Source of the DNA: Eledone cirrhosa
Taxonomy: Eukaryota
Direction of reading: 5' to 3'
DNA length: 64,000 bases
NCBI GenBank assembly: GCA_964016885.1
Contig: OZ024744.1
Coordinates: 19,778,001-19,842,000 of the forward strand
Below are positions 31,010-44,413 of this stretch, in pieces (positions within the stretch are counted from its first letter, which is position 1; each line of letters begins with the position of its first letter). Position numbers and translations under genes: made by a program. The notes beneath the pieces are model-generated. The model was not told the origin of the DNA. It worked only from the letters and a program-made list of their open reading frames with translations, and did not search any database.

Positions 31010-31643
31010 CTCCGTATAAGACAAGAGCTGAAAAAATATCTTTTAACATGTTAAAATATCCCCCACACACTTACAGACACATTCCTACTGACCATCCCTC
31101 TACCACGAATTACTCTGCTACACACACACACACACACACACACTTGTCTTAATAGGCATTTGAACTGTCAAAAGTCTGCGGTCGCACACACATCCCTGCT
31201 GACCATTATCACAACAACGAACCACTTTACTACTACTACTACACACACACACACACACACATTTGTTGTGAAAGACTTATCTCTCAGTCAGCCGACACAA
31301 ACCTACATTTGGCGCAAAATCAATTTTTTACATTCACATGACCTCTACCGACCAATCAAAATTGTTTTGACCACAATAATTTTTGCAACACGAATTGGCG
31401 CAAAACTTATTTTAATACCGCTGGAGCCACTTTTTTAACATAAAAACAGGTAGAATTCCCAAAACTAATCAGATCAGAGCAAACGCTCTATCTCAAAATT
31501 ATTTTTGAAAAGCATTAGAAATGCGCAACCGGTAAAACTTAAAACCAAAACTTAATACTAACCAATACCATTACTAATTCTCACTTATTCCTAATTAAAA
31601 TATTTTTCACTGTGAACAATTTGTCAACATTTTCTATTCCGTT

Positions 31644-31709
<66 letters not shown>

Positions 31710-31713
31710 TATA

Positions 31714-32352
31714 TAATTGTCCTGCATCCCCTTGCATAGAACTACAAAGTTACTAAGACATAACATATATATTTGCTAGCATAGGTATACATCTGTATAC
31801 ATATGTTGGTAGATATACTAATTCTTTATATTTATCTACAAATTATTTGTTGAGCAAAACTTGCTGAAATTACTGCTATGGTTCATGGTAGTAGTTAGGC
31901 TCTTGTCTTATTACCACTCCACTCTTCACTGATTAACCTCAGTGTCACGTGATTGATTCTTTAGAATTTGCCACTGACCAAGTAGGCAGTGAATTTTTTC
32001 AATGTCCTGGAATTTAGTCCCCGCTCGCTTTTTTCCATCCACAGAATTATTTGTATATGAGTTCCTTGTGTCCACGCATTGCCTGGGAACTTAGCTGAGA
32101 ATAGACTCCCTGATGACGTAAGGATTTCTATATGGGTGCGTTGCGTAACTATATTTATTCCCTTACAGAAACTAATTAGTTGGAGTGAAAATTTTAGTAA
32201 GTTAATTTTAAAAAATTTCTTATTTTACGTCTTTCATATAATTGTTCTGCATCCCCTTGCATAGAACCACAAAGTTACTAAGACATAACATATATATTTG
32301 CTAGCATAGGTATACATCTGTATACAAATGTTGGTAGATATACTAATTCTTT
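31714..32352 (+). mobile_element. Family C: ~525-bp ORF-less unit with ~115-bp terminal direct repeat and one HHR
   Basis: 31714-31830 repeated at 32239-32352; HHR CTGATGA 32110-32116, GAAA 32168-32171, ctaattag TT ggagt; in (TA)n. Confidence 0.8.
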
Positions 32353-32364
32353 ATATATATATAT

Positions 32365-32759
32365 TAATAAGGTATTGAATTCTTTTACAATGGAATTAGC
32401 TCGGAGGAGGAAAATACCCACTGAGCCGTGTATAAACTAATATGTATGTGATGAAAGACAGATACCAACACATCTGTATATATATTGCAAAAGAAAATTT
32501 AGCCAGATTGAAGTATACTAATTATTATACTACAGTTTGTCCATATCGATTTAAAATAATAAATCAACAAAGACGAACTATATTGCCAAGAGGCTATATA
32601 GTTCGAACTATATTGCCAAGAGGCAATATAGTTCGTCTTTGTTGATTTATTATTTTAAATCGATATGGACAAACTGTAGTATAATAATTAGTATACTTCA
32701 ATCTGGCTAAATTTTCTTTTGCAATATATATACAGATGTGTTGGTATCTGTGTTTCATC

Positions 32760-32770
<11 letters not shown>
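32365..32770 (-). mobile_element. Palindromic insertion with duplicated central hairpin and unique tail
   Basis: About 32440-32590 is inverted to about 32620-32770; centre is 2x gaactatattgccaagaggc(t/a)atatagttc; tail 32365-32440 carries the bulged hairpin. Confidence 0.8.
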
Positions 32771-32830
<60 letters not shown>

Positions 32831-32835
<5 letters not shown>

Positions 32836-33359
32836 AAGTTAAATAAAAGTCAAATGATTAAAATTTAGCTTCGTTTATTACTGCTATATATATTTCAGTG
32901 ACAGCCATCTTTGGCTGTGACCTCTTCAGGCAGTTTGAATTAGTATGGTATAGACAATTATATATGTTGTTTAGGTGTATAATATTGTCAATACTCTGAT
33001 ATGCCCAGTTCCTTGTTGGGTTGTTAATTCACTGACTCCAGTTAATTCCCTGACTCCAGTTCCTCAGTGAATTAACAAACCAACAAGGAACTGGGCATAT
33101 CAGAGTATTGACAATATTATACACCTAAACAACATATATACTTGTCTATACCATACTAATTCAAACTGCCTGAAGAGGTCACAGCCAAAGATGGCTGTCA
33201 CTGAAATATATATAGCAGTAATAAACGAAGCTAAATTTTAATCATTTGACTTTTATTTAACTTTATTTTACACTACTCCGGAGTAACCAACCAACCTGCG
33301 CACTTCGTCGAGTGCTCCAGCCTGCATACTGAGGTGTTGGTATACAACCAACATAAACT

Positions 33360-33364
<5 letters not shown>
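32831..33364 (+). mobile_element. Family G fold-back pLTR with two HHRs and tail
   Basis: Arms about 32831-33034 and 33064-33270; actgc CTGAAGA (33170-33176) ggtcacagcca/tggctgtcact GAAA (33203-33206) tatata TA gcagt; mirror at 32880-32934. Confidence 0.88.
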
Positions 33365-33406
<42 letters not shown>

Positions 33407-33409
<3 letters not shown>

Positions 33410-33612
33410 CGAATGAGTTGTGGTAATTAACCAGATGGCCCATAACGCACCAGAGTACTCAATACTTAGGGCAGTAGAGTGGGTAATAGGAAAAGGTATG
33501 ACCCCGGCGGCAGAGCTCAAGCCGTTTCGACGGCTATTTCTGGACTCAAATAGCTGTTCAGAAATATCCGTCGAAACGGCTTGAGCTCTGCCGTCGGGGT
33601 CATACATGTTCA
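33407..33612 (-). mobile_element. Family B fold-back PLE 3' end
   Basis: Reverse complement of the family B tail plus a short inverted arm. Confidence 0.8.
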
Positions 33613-33659
33613 TATATATATATATATAAATACATATAAATATACATATATATATAGAT

Positions 33660-36200
33660 AGATTTGGGCCAGTTTTGTCCCAAGCCATGTCTAATGCCCC
33701 ACTTGGCGATGTCCTTGACATCATAATTCACACCTCAGTCCTACTTTCGACACCATGGCCCGCTCAAGTAGAGAATTATTATTTACGTAGGAATTTGGCC
33801 AAAGACTTCTTGAATTTTATGGGGTCTATTTCTATTTCCATGTGTTTTATTGTAATGTTAAAGAGAACGGAGCCAATTGAGGTGAAATAACTGTGTCACA
33901 CTGTTGTTATGAGATGTGAGTTTGATTTCTGTTGTGGGTGGATAGTGCAGGGCTCAAGCCTTGGGTGTATCTTAAAGGCGATGCCAACATCATTTGGGCA
34001 ATGCTGATGGAATATTTTCCAACTTTCATGATAGTTTGTTTTGTGTTGGGAGACCACAGTGGACAACGGTATTCAAGGTGGGTCGGGCAAAAGTGGAGAA
34101 GAGAAGGATAACAGTGTGGATATCTCCCGACTGGAAGGTTCTGGGAATCCAGGAACACATTCTGTGGGCCATGTCAACTCTGTTGCCTAGCTTAGATTAG
34201 AAGACACGAGTGTTTCACCCAAGAGAAGAGAATATAATAACTTCATTACATCCATTATTCTACAGAGGATTAGTTCAAATTTATCTTCGTTCGGCAACTT
34301 GTTCTTTTCCGCCCATTGGATAACAGCCAGTATATCTGATTGAAGGCATGTCTGGTTGCCCACTCCATTGATGACCTTCTGGAGCTTGGGATGATCTGCA
34401 AATATCCTTATGTTGCTGTACTTGATGATGTCAGTAATGTTATTAATGTAGATGATGAAAAGAAGTGGGTCCAACACAGTGCCTTGTGGGACACCACTGT
34501 GACTTTAGCTTGGCTTGATTTTACTCCTTCGAGTACATGTTGGACTCTGTCTGTCAGGAAACACTTGATCCATTGTAGTAACTTTCCAGAGACACCAACG
34601 TTGGATAGTGTTTGCAGTAGAATGTTTGATCAACCCTGTTAAAGGCCTTGCTGAAATCAAAGTAGATGACATCAGTGCTAGAGCCCTATCCCAAAGCTCT
34701 CAGAATGTCATCAAAATGATGCAGGAGCTGCATTAGGTAGCATTACGGAACCCGTATTGATTGGAGTTCAGCAGTCTGTTGCTTTCAAGAAAGTGAGTTA
34801 TTCGTGATCTCACCATCCTCTCAAATACCTTGATGATATGAGAGGTGAATGAGATTTGGCGGTAGTTCACTACAAATAACTTTTTCCTCTTTTTGAAAAG
34901 TGAAACAACAGACTGGGAGATTTTCAGGAATATAGACAGTATCCAGTGCGTTCCTCCACAGATTAGCAAGAGGAGATGCAAGTTAGTGTCGACACACCTT
35001 CAGTACACAAGCAGGGAACGTGTCGGGCCCTACTGCTGAATTGTGTTTCATTTCGTTTATTGCCGCTAAGACTTCAGGGGCGCCAAACGTTATGTCTGAT
35101 ATAATGTGTATGGGGATTAACATCACTGATACAGCCAAGATCAGCCATATCAGGATTACTGAAAACAGCAGTATTGTTTCTGCAGTATCTCACCCATGGT
35201 TTTGGCATTATCTTGGAGAGTGTCATTTTCGTCAATTAGAGGGCCAACAGTGGAGACAGTGACCTTGTGTTTTTTCGCAAATGAAAAGAACACTTTGGGA
35301 TTGAGTTTGATTTTTTCAATGGCCCATTTCTACTCAGCTGTTCTTTGGTTATTGATGATGGTCTTCGTGCATTGTTGGAGGTTATATTTATTTGATTCAA
35401 TCAGTGCGATAGCCGTCAAATGTGTGCTGTTGTTGGCAGTATTTTAGTTTGTTGATGTTTTTTGCTTGTTGTTTGTATTTTTCGGATAATAGTTTTTCTG
35501 TTTTGGGGGAATACTGCATTTAGTTTTGTTCACAGGTTTTGGTGGGGTGTGGTTTGCACAGATGTTTGTGTACACAGATATGCCAAGATGTTTTCATGTT
35601 GGTGGAAATGTGTGCGTGTGTAAAAGACCTGTCAAAATGTGATAGCTCGTTCATGATTGCATTCCAGTTGGCATTGTAGAGATCCATGTTATCAAATGGG
35701 TGGGTTGGAAAGAGGTCCCTAGGACTAGCTTTCGGCTGGCGGAATCTCAGGTTACAAAGAACCATGTCATGGTCTGAGAGAAGGGTTTTTTTCCACTGTA
35801 ATATTATGTATAGTGTTAGTGTGGTTACTAAACACTAGATCCAAAATGTTCTTCTAATATCTTGTTGGTGCAAGGACAAGTTGGGACAATAAAAGCTCAT
35901 TCATGAAGTCAAGAAGTGACTCGACTGCTTCTTTGTTAGCAGTTGAGGTGGCAGTGCCTGGTTTCAAGCTGTTTGTAGACCAATCAACACAGGGTAGATT
36001 AAAGTCTCCCATCATATGTATGTTACCAGAATGGCACTGTTGAATAAAGCACTTAATGCTGTTGAGGCAATCTTTAAAGCACAGTAAAGGCGTTTCGGAT
36101 GGCCTATAGAAATCAAATAATTGGGTTTGTTGTGTAAGGTGACTGATTCACGATAGCCATTGGAGAATATGTTATTTCCGTCTGCCGTAAAATAATCATC
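33660..36200 (-). pseudogene. Degenerate CR1-group LINE ORF2 (APE + RT)
   Basis: Minus strand: GDFNLP, SDHD, NYRQISFTSHIIKVFER, QYGFR, YLDFSKAF, GVPQGTV..PLLFIIYIN, IFAD, HLEYRCPLWSP; many stops. Confidence 0.85.
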
Positions 36201-36698
36201 CTTCTGCCGACATTATCCACGCAGGTGGTTATAAAATTCCTCACCTTCACTTTGGCTGCTTACATTTTGGACCTTCCACTTTGGACCTTCCATTTTTGTG
36301 CATTGATAGAAGGGCTGACACCTTGTGCATTGAGTAGAAATGTTGAGGCTAAAGTAGTGGCTGGTTTTGACTGTTTCATGGGGATTGTTTTGTATTTGTG
36401 TGTTAGTGAGAGCAACAGGAAAAGTTGCTACGCTAGAGTAATAGCAGAAGTTACCATTGTAACATTTTCTTTATTGTATCTCTTTTACCTGGTTCATCAT
36501 GACTAAAAAGAAGTTTAGGGAGAGGTTGATGAATGGAGGTGTTGTTGCACTGTTATATAAGGTTAACATTTCCACCTATCTCTCTACATAATATACACAT
36601 ATGTATTATATATGTATGTATTATATGTGTATGTATGTATATAAATATATATATACATATATATATATATATATGTTTGTATATATGTGTGTGTGTGT

Positions 36699-36741
<43 letters not shown>

Positions 36742-36879
36742 TGTGTGTGTGTCTGTGTGTGTGTGTGCGTGTGTGTGTGTGTGTGTATATAGTAGTGAAA
36801 AAGTGAAGAATAACATGGTCGGCTGTAAAAAAGGGTTTTATTTATAGTATTGTTTCATTTATCAGGTGAGTCTAACTGC

Positions 36880-37270
36880 CGCTAATCACTCGCAGTTGCA
36901 TCAGTCGACAGATATTATAAGGGCGCGTCCTGGACGCAGAGCGAATTGTAGGAAGTGACGTAATGCAGACATCAGACACACAGACAGATATTATAAGGGC
37001 GCGACGTTATATGTATGTATCTATCTAAAAAAAGAAACACTAAGAATTATAGAGAGAGATCGCTAAATCGCCTAGGGTATTGGAAATTTGCAATTTACTT
37101 TGCTCAGAACAATCCCTGAAACATAAGTATTACGTGTGTAAAGTTTGAAAAAGTCAGTTGGGTGCTTCTCTAGTTTTAGGGATTCAAACTCACACACACA
37201 CAGACAGACATCCTCAGTTGTATATATATAGACTAGCAGAAAACCACCCGGTGGGCGGTTTTCTGCTAGC
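36880..37270 (+). mobile_element. Possible non-autonomous Helitron/Helentron-like relic
   Basis: (ACAG)n subterminal block followed by ctagcagaaaaccacccggtgggcggttttctgctag palindrome; similar palindrome at 42316-42352. Confidence 0.35.
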
Positions 37271-37775
37271 AAATCTAGTGTATATACTGATATTGTTGAG
37301 ATTTGGATGAGAAATATTTTCGGCACCACATGTTCACCGTCTCTCGGTGTGTCTTTTATGCATGTATAAATATATATTTTATCTATACGGTGAAATCTTT
37401 GAAATAAATATATGTTAAAACGAAAAAGGAGAAAAAGAAATTAGTGACGGAAATATAAACGTTATGATACATAAACGTTATGATATAACGATGGAAATAT
37501 ATCTTCAAATGGTCCTTGGCATGGTGTCAAGTCAGAACCGCCTCGAACTGGTTACTTATGGCTAGTGCAAGGTGTCTATAGCAGCCAGCGATTCCCTCGG
37601 CCTCAGTGACTAAAGTGAGTGGAGAGGGGAAGGTAATGTTTATATAGCGACAGTGTTTCTCTTGGTAGTACCAAAGTGGAGAAAGGAAGGGGAAGGTAAT
37701 ATTTCTGTAGCACCTACATTTGAGTTTTAGGGAAGGACAGACAGACAGACAAACAGAGAAATGCCAATATATTTC

Positions 37776-37820
<45 letters not shown>

Positions 37821-38024
37821 CACACACAGAAATGTATATATATTTCTGTGTGTGTATATATATTTATATATATATATTACACACACAGAAATGTATATAT
37901 ATTTCTTAGAACAAAATTATTATTAATGTTTTGCTGTTCATAACAATTGGAATTGAAAAATTACTTTGAAATTATTAGTTATTTTACTAATGCTTTGATA
38001 TGTAAAAATGAAGCAATGTTTCTA

Positions 38025-38212
38025 ATAATTGTTTCTACTTTTGGCACAAGGCCAGCAATTACCCAGTACATTACTGGTACTTTATTTTATCGACCCCGTG
38101 AGGATGAAAGGCAAAGTTAACCTCGGCGGTATTTGAACTCAGGCAGTAAAGGGACGTAACTCCATGCTTCATAGCATGGTGTCCGACTCTCTACAGATTC
38201 TGCCAATCCACC
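38025..38212 (-). mobile_element. tRNA-derived SINE
   Basis: Reverse complement of 18029-18215. Confidence 0.88.
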
Positions 38213-38593
38213 GCCCTAATGTCTGTACGTAATGAGGGAGTGAGAGGGGAGAGAAAGAAAGGCAGAGGTAAAGTGACGAAGTGACTCTCTCCTCCTCCAT
38301 CTCCCCATTCGTCACAGCGATAGAGGGGAGGAATATTAGTGTGTTACAAAGAGAAAGAGTGAGAGTGAGAGACACACACAGACTAAAATAGAGGGATAGC
38401 TGGAGAGAGAGAGAGAGATAGCAACTGATACAGTACAGTAGCTAAGGGATGTATATATATTTCTGTGTGTATATATATATACATTTCTGTGTGTGTAATA
38501 TATATATATATATATACACACAGAAATATATATACATTTCTGTGTGTGTAATATATATATATATATACACACACGGAAATATATATATATTTC

Positions 38594-38680
<87 letters not shown>

Positions 38681-38942
38681 CACACGCAGAAATGTATATA
38701 TATTTCTGTGTGTATATATATATATATATTACACACACACATAAATGTATATATGTTTCTGTAGCACTCCTCAATTCCACCACTCTCTCCCTCCCACTAT
38801 CCCCCTCTTGTAGTCTGTCTCTTTCTTTCACTCTCACTCTCTCTCTACGCGTCGCGTGCGCAAAAACATTCGCACGCGCGCACGTGTTTCCACTGTCGGA
38901 CAGACAGACAGACAGAGAAATTGCTGGTTATATATTATAAGG

Positions 38943-39320
38943 AGATATTTCGGAGGTACTGTGCTGTTTTTCAGTACGTCCTCAACAGATAAAATATATG
39001 AATTGATGTATGACATACCTCAACTGTCTTGATAATTCAATTCTAATATTGACTGCCAATACTAGAATTGACCCATCAAGACAGTTGAGATATGTCATAC
39101 ATCAATTCATATATTTTTTCTGATGAGGACGTACTGAAAAAAACAGCACATTACCTCCAAAATATATATAATAAAACATATTTTGATTATGTGAACGTCT
39201 TCATTTATTAATTATTTTGAATAATATTAATAACTCCAGAAAACTTCTTTGTAGAGTGCTTTTAATCTATTGTACAACTATATTCATTTAGTAATCAATG
39301 AACCATATTAATATTTGGTC
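38943..39320 (+). mobile_element. Fold-back pLTR with HHR pair and bulged-hairpin tail
   Basis: About 38948-39048 inverted to about 39057-39165; CTGATGA 39120-39126 (GAAA mutated to aaaa, but intact in the mirror arm); hairpin 39233-39260. Confidence 0.75.
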
Positions 39321-39329
39321 TCACACACA

Positions 39330-39411
<82 letters not shown>

Positions 39412-39415
<4 letters not shown>

Positions 39416-39745
39416 AAAGGTAAACAGAAATAAGATACAATCGGTACAGTATATGGAAGGTATATTTTAGGTTAACGCTTGATATAGCGGGAAGAGGGTC
39501 TTAACGTTTCGGACGCCAGTTCTTCATCAGAAGTTAGAATGAGAAATAAAATAGATTAAGGGGACGGGCGGGATGGAAATGGAAAAAATGTCTTTAGATA
39601 AAAATAATAGGTCCCTTCATGTTGACATCTCTTGGAAAACTGTTGGTGGTGGCGTTTTGTGTATGATTTGCATTTTAGAAAATTGGATGATGGCGCGCGT
39701 CTACCTGAAAAGGGAAAAAAAGCGTTTTGTAAAAAGAGCTATACT
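39412..39745 (-). mobile_element. Family E pLTR with HHR
   Basis: Reverse complement of 28728-29086; TTTC 39507-39510, TCATCAG 39524-39530. Confidence 0.8.
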
Positions 39746-39920
39746 TGAGCACGGGCGTCAGCATGAATTCGTGTGTTTGTGAGTGTGTGTGTGTGTCCGT
39801 GTGTGTATGTGTGTGTGTGCGCGCGCGTGTGTTATTATAGGTCCCTACGAAACTAAGAAGAAATGTGTGTCTATATGTGAGTGTGTGTGCATGTACGTAC
39901 GAAGCTATGAGCAAAGATAA

Positions 39921-39987
<67 letters not shown>

Positions 39988-40404
39988 AATAATGGAGCTA
40001 CGGCGTTGAAAATGGGTTACATATGAAAAAGTTTGTCCTTCATCAGTGGTCTTCCAACCGTCATAGGCATTTCATCGCTTTAAAGACCATATAGCTGAGG
40101 TTGGTGCGAGCAACGGCTAAAAAAAAGTCGTTGGGACACGTAAATAAAGGGGACGCTAGGGTAAACAAACAAAATGGTTTAAGCAACAGAAAGTGATGAA
40201 GAAAGAGACAAGTCCCAGAATTCTATGAATATAAATTCGGTAAAATCGTGAACGAGAGAATAAAGACCATCAAACCTGGTTGAAATGTGAGCAAGGAAGG
40301 AATTTGGCAAAGGTCTAACGGGAGGAAGAAGGGGTCTGGTCTGCGAATTCGGTAAACATAAGTTCTGTGAAATCGCAGACGATATATATATATATATATA
40401 TTTA

Positions 40405-40697
40405 TTATTATTATGTAATAAACAACATAAGGCAATTATTCCATTTACCAGTGGTTTCTTAAAAGCAAAAGGTTTTGCTTTCAATCCTCAGAATGAAAAA
40501 TCCTGGTTTGTTTATTGAATATGGATTCTAAAAACAAAAATGCAATCTATATGAAAGTGAGGCTGGAAAAGGGAGAAGGAAAGGAAAAATAAAATAAAAC
40601 TACACATGCAAACACACACAAAAAAACACAAAAGCATACTTACACACATATACATATATACACATATATATAAATGCACGCATACACATATACATAT

Positions 40698-40733
<36 letters not shown>

Positions 40734-40792
40734 AGCGTACACCTACACGCACATACACATATATACACACATATACACATACATATATTCAT

Positions 40793-40885
<93 letters not shown>

Positions 40886-40899
40886 CACATGTACATATC

Positions 40900-40935
<36 letters not shown>

Positions 40936-41401
40936 CATATATACATATATACACATATACATACACACACACACACATGTGTGTGTGTACAAGCATACAC
41001 ATACACATACACATATATATACACACAGATACATACATCCACACAAACATACAACGTACATACATACACATACATGAATGCACTCCACTACATATTAACA
41101 CACGCAAATAAATATAAGAAAAAAAAAAAAAAAGAAAAAAAAAATATATTAAAAAAAAAAATATATATAAATATATATTAACAAATTTTTGACAGCGATA
41201 CATGCCCCAGCTAACAGGACAGACACGCGTGGTAAGTAATACACACATAAGCACATATACATACGTTCGAAATAGTAAACACATACACACACTCTCACAC
41301 ATAAATATACATATACAAATACATAAACACGTACATACACATACATACACAAACACGTACACGTATACAATATAAACACACACATGTATATGTAATTATA
41401 T

Positions 41402-41420
<19 letters not shown>
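40405..41420 (-). mobile_element. Family I: HHR-terminated element with a microsatellite-like body
   Basis: Minus strand ttcatt CTGAGGA ttgaaagcaaa/tttgcttttaa GAAA ccactgg TA aatgga (40440-40497); collinear with 51468-52345. Confidence 0.75.
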
Positions 41421-41488
<68 letters not shown>

Positions 41489-41634
41489 CAAAAATATAAA
41501 AATATAAACGCACACACACATATAAATACGTAAACACATGGAATTACTTCATTTATATATATATATATATTCAAACAGAACTTAAAACGATAAGTTCTTG
41601 TTTTGAATATGTCACTATCTGTAAAACAACTTTT

Positions 41635-41698
41635 ATATTTTATTTGATGAGAGCGTACCAAAAATGTTGGTACCCTTGAAATCTAAACTATAATAAAG
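41635..41698 (+). ncRNA. Degenerate HHR related to the 121 and 629 copies
   Basis: TTGATGA gagcgtacca/tggtaccctt GAAA ... TA ataaag. Confidence 0.45.
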
Positions 41699-41773
41699 GG
41701 AGGAGTGCGGGACTGCGAACGGTTTATAATTTCTTATCCCATTAGTAAAATAAGTTGGATTACTTTAAATAAA

Positions 41774-41958
41774 TAATTGTTTCTACTTGAGGCACAAGGC
41801 CAGCAAACACCCAGTGCATTACTGGTACTTTATTTTATCGACCCCGTAAGGATGAAAAGCAAAGTCAACCTCGGCGGGATTTGAACTCAGATCGTAAAGG
41901 GACGTAACTATGCAGGAAAGCATGGCGTCCGACCCTCTACCGATACTGCCAATCCACC
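41774..41958 (-). mobile_element. tRNA-derived SINE
   Basis: Reverse complement of the SINE consensus seen in this window. Confidence 0.88.
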
Positions 41959-42635
41959 TTTAAATAAATAATGAATGAATATTACATAATTTATCTACTA
42001 AATTTCGTGGCAGTTGATTAAATATATTTTGTTTATTTAAAGATTCACTTCTTTAAAATTTCTGAAATATAAACACTTCCGGTTGGCGATCACCTATATA
42101 AACATACTAATTTTTTCCTAATGCAGTTCATACATAATATCGTCTTTTTTTAATGTATCATGGATTACTTTACTGATTCCATAAAACTGTGTAACACAGT
42201 CTACGTTTCGTTCAATTTCTATGTATTATATAGTGTCAATTACGATTTTATTTGATGTATTATATCTACATGTATATATACTTGCGTATAATATCAATAT
42301 ACACTCTACACATGCTAGCAGAAAACCAGACGAACGGTGGTTTTTCTGCTAGTATATATAATAAAATAAATATCTAGCCAAGCCATGCTGACAGCATGGC
42401 TTGGCTAGATATTTAAAGCGCTGGTTTGAGACCTTTATTTCCCTCCGAAGAAGATATATTATCTCGAAAATTAAGGACATTTTAATAAATTCAAGGTAAA
42501 GGACGAATTGTCAACAACATCTTTTGCAATTGCATTCTTTTTTCTATGTCCATATCTGCATTGTTTTGGCTTTATTACACATATTCAAACGTTTATACCT
42601 CATTACACAATGCTTCAAGTGAACTATAACCTCCT

Positions 42636-42743
<108 letters not shown>

Positions 42744-43605
42744 ACATATATATATATATAGATATGAACGAGTAGGATCCCGACGGCTGAGCTCAAGCCG
42801 CTTCGACGGCTAATTCTAGTCTAAATGAACATTTTTATCCTGGTATATGAATAGCCGAGCTTCTCAGGGGGTAATTCCATATATGGTAAAAGTGATTGTC
42901 ACAAGGATTGGTCAAAAGTTTGTTGTTGAGAAACATAATTCTATCATGGCGATTTGTGGAAGGAAGGGGTAGCTGAACCTGCCAGTAGAAGAAAGAGGGA
43001 GAGGGGCTGGAGGAAACCCAGTCGTGCGTTGATAGTGCCAACTACAGCAGGGCAGGAGGTCAAGCAAGCAAATATACTAAGGAGGGGGAAGGGGAGGAAG
43101 TCGAAACAACAAGTAAAACAATATGTGGTAAATATATAGAAGAATACCGAGAACGTAAAAAAGTATAAAAAAAAACAATTTCTGGTTTCTATTCGCTAAT
43201 GACAATCTTCAAGCCTCTCACTGGTACTGCTAAACTATAGAAACGTTTACTAGGTGGGACGGAATTATAATGAGACCATTTTAAGAGTTAGTAGTTATCA
43301 ACCGAGTATATCTTACGGTGACAGATCAATAAGTGGGGGGCCAAACTACTAAAGAATCTACCACGAAATAATATTTCAGAGTCCCGAGACTAATACGAAA
43401 TAATTGTTTCTACCCTAGGCACAAGGCCAGCAACCACCCAGTGCAAAAAATAAACTAATACGAAATAATAATTCAGAATCCCGAAAATGAATTCTAATAC
43501 TATCTCTAAGGGTGCCGTTACGATACAAAGATTCTAGTGCAAACTACATAAATGCTCGTACGACGTATATGAAAAATCTGATACGGAAAATTAATTCAGA
43601 ATTAA

Positions 43606-44413
43606 TTACAACCAGGCCCTCAAGCGGATTGGTTTCCGGGAGGAAATATCCTACTGTCCAGCTTCCATTAGCGGAACCAGCAGGCGACACCGCCGCTCAA
43701 GCAATGTAACATGGTTCAATCCTCCCCACAACGCCGAGGTGACAACTCCTATCGGGAAAATCTTCTTTAGGCTCATCGAAAAACACTTCCAACTACAACA
43801 CCGCTACAACAACTTAATTAACAAAAATACCATCAAACTCTCCTACAGCACCACACCAAACTATGCACAAAACTTCGTCTCCTCTAACAACAAAAAACTC
43901 AACCCCTATGGAAGACATAACCTAAATAGCAGTGGAGAGCCGACCAGGAGGTGCAACTGTCCTGATGGATCCATTTGCCCCCTCGACAACAGATGCAGAG
44001 ATCGTAACGTGATCTACCAGTGCAACGTGAGGACGGACACCTCCAACAAAGCTTATATAGGATTAACCGCATGTGACTTCAAGATCCGGCTATACCAACA
44101 CAGACATACCTTCCGAAACCCGGCCCGGCGTCACGCCACCACACTTTCAGGCCACATCTGGGATCTCAAGGATAACAATATTACCTATGATCTCACTTGG
44201 AGCTTACTGTCCAGAGCCAACTGTTACACGGGAGGACGCCGTCCGTGCAATTTATGCCCGGAGGAAACTTTACAAATGCTGTTTTCGACGGACCAACTGC
44301 TAAACAAGAAAGACGAACTGGTAACTGCATGCAAATACAGATTACGTAGGACTTACCTCGCCCTCAAACCCCATAATGACCGGGGTGGGGGTGGGGGTAG
44401 ACAAGGGCTGTAA
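43606..44413 (+). pseudogene. PLE ORF 3' part: RT thumb end, CxCx5C linker, GIY-YIG endonuclease
   Basis: YNQAL..VTWFNPP..CNCPDGSICPLDNRCRDRNVIYQC..AYIGLT..FKIRLYQHRHTF..LSGHIW..CNLCPEE; open frame, 5'-truncated. Confidence 0.9.

Noticed and set aside
40000-40062. CTGATGA on the minus strand near 40050, and CCGAAGA..GAAA near 42446
   Set aside because: The core is incomplete or the stems are weak; possibly decayed HHRs, but not supportable as features.
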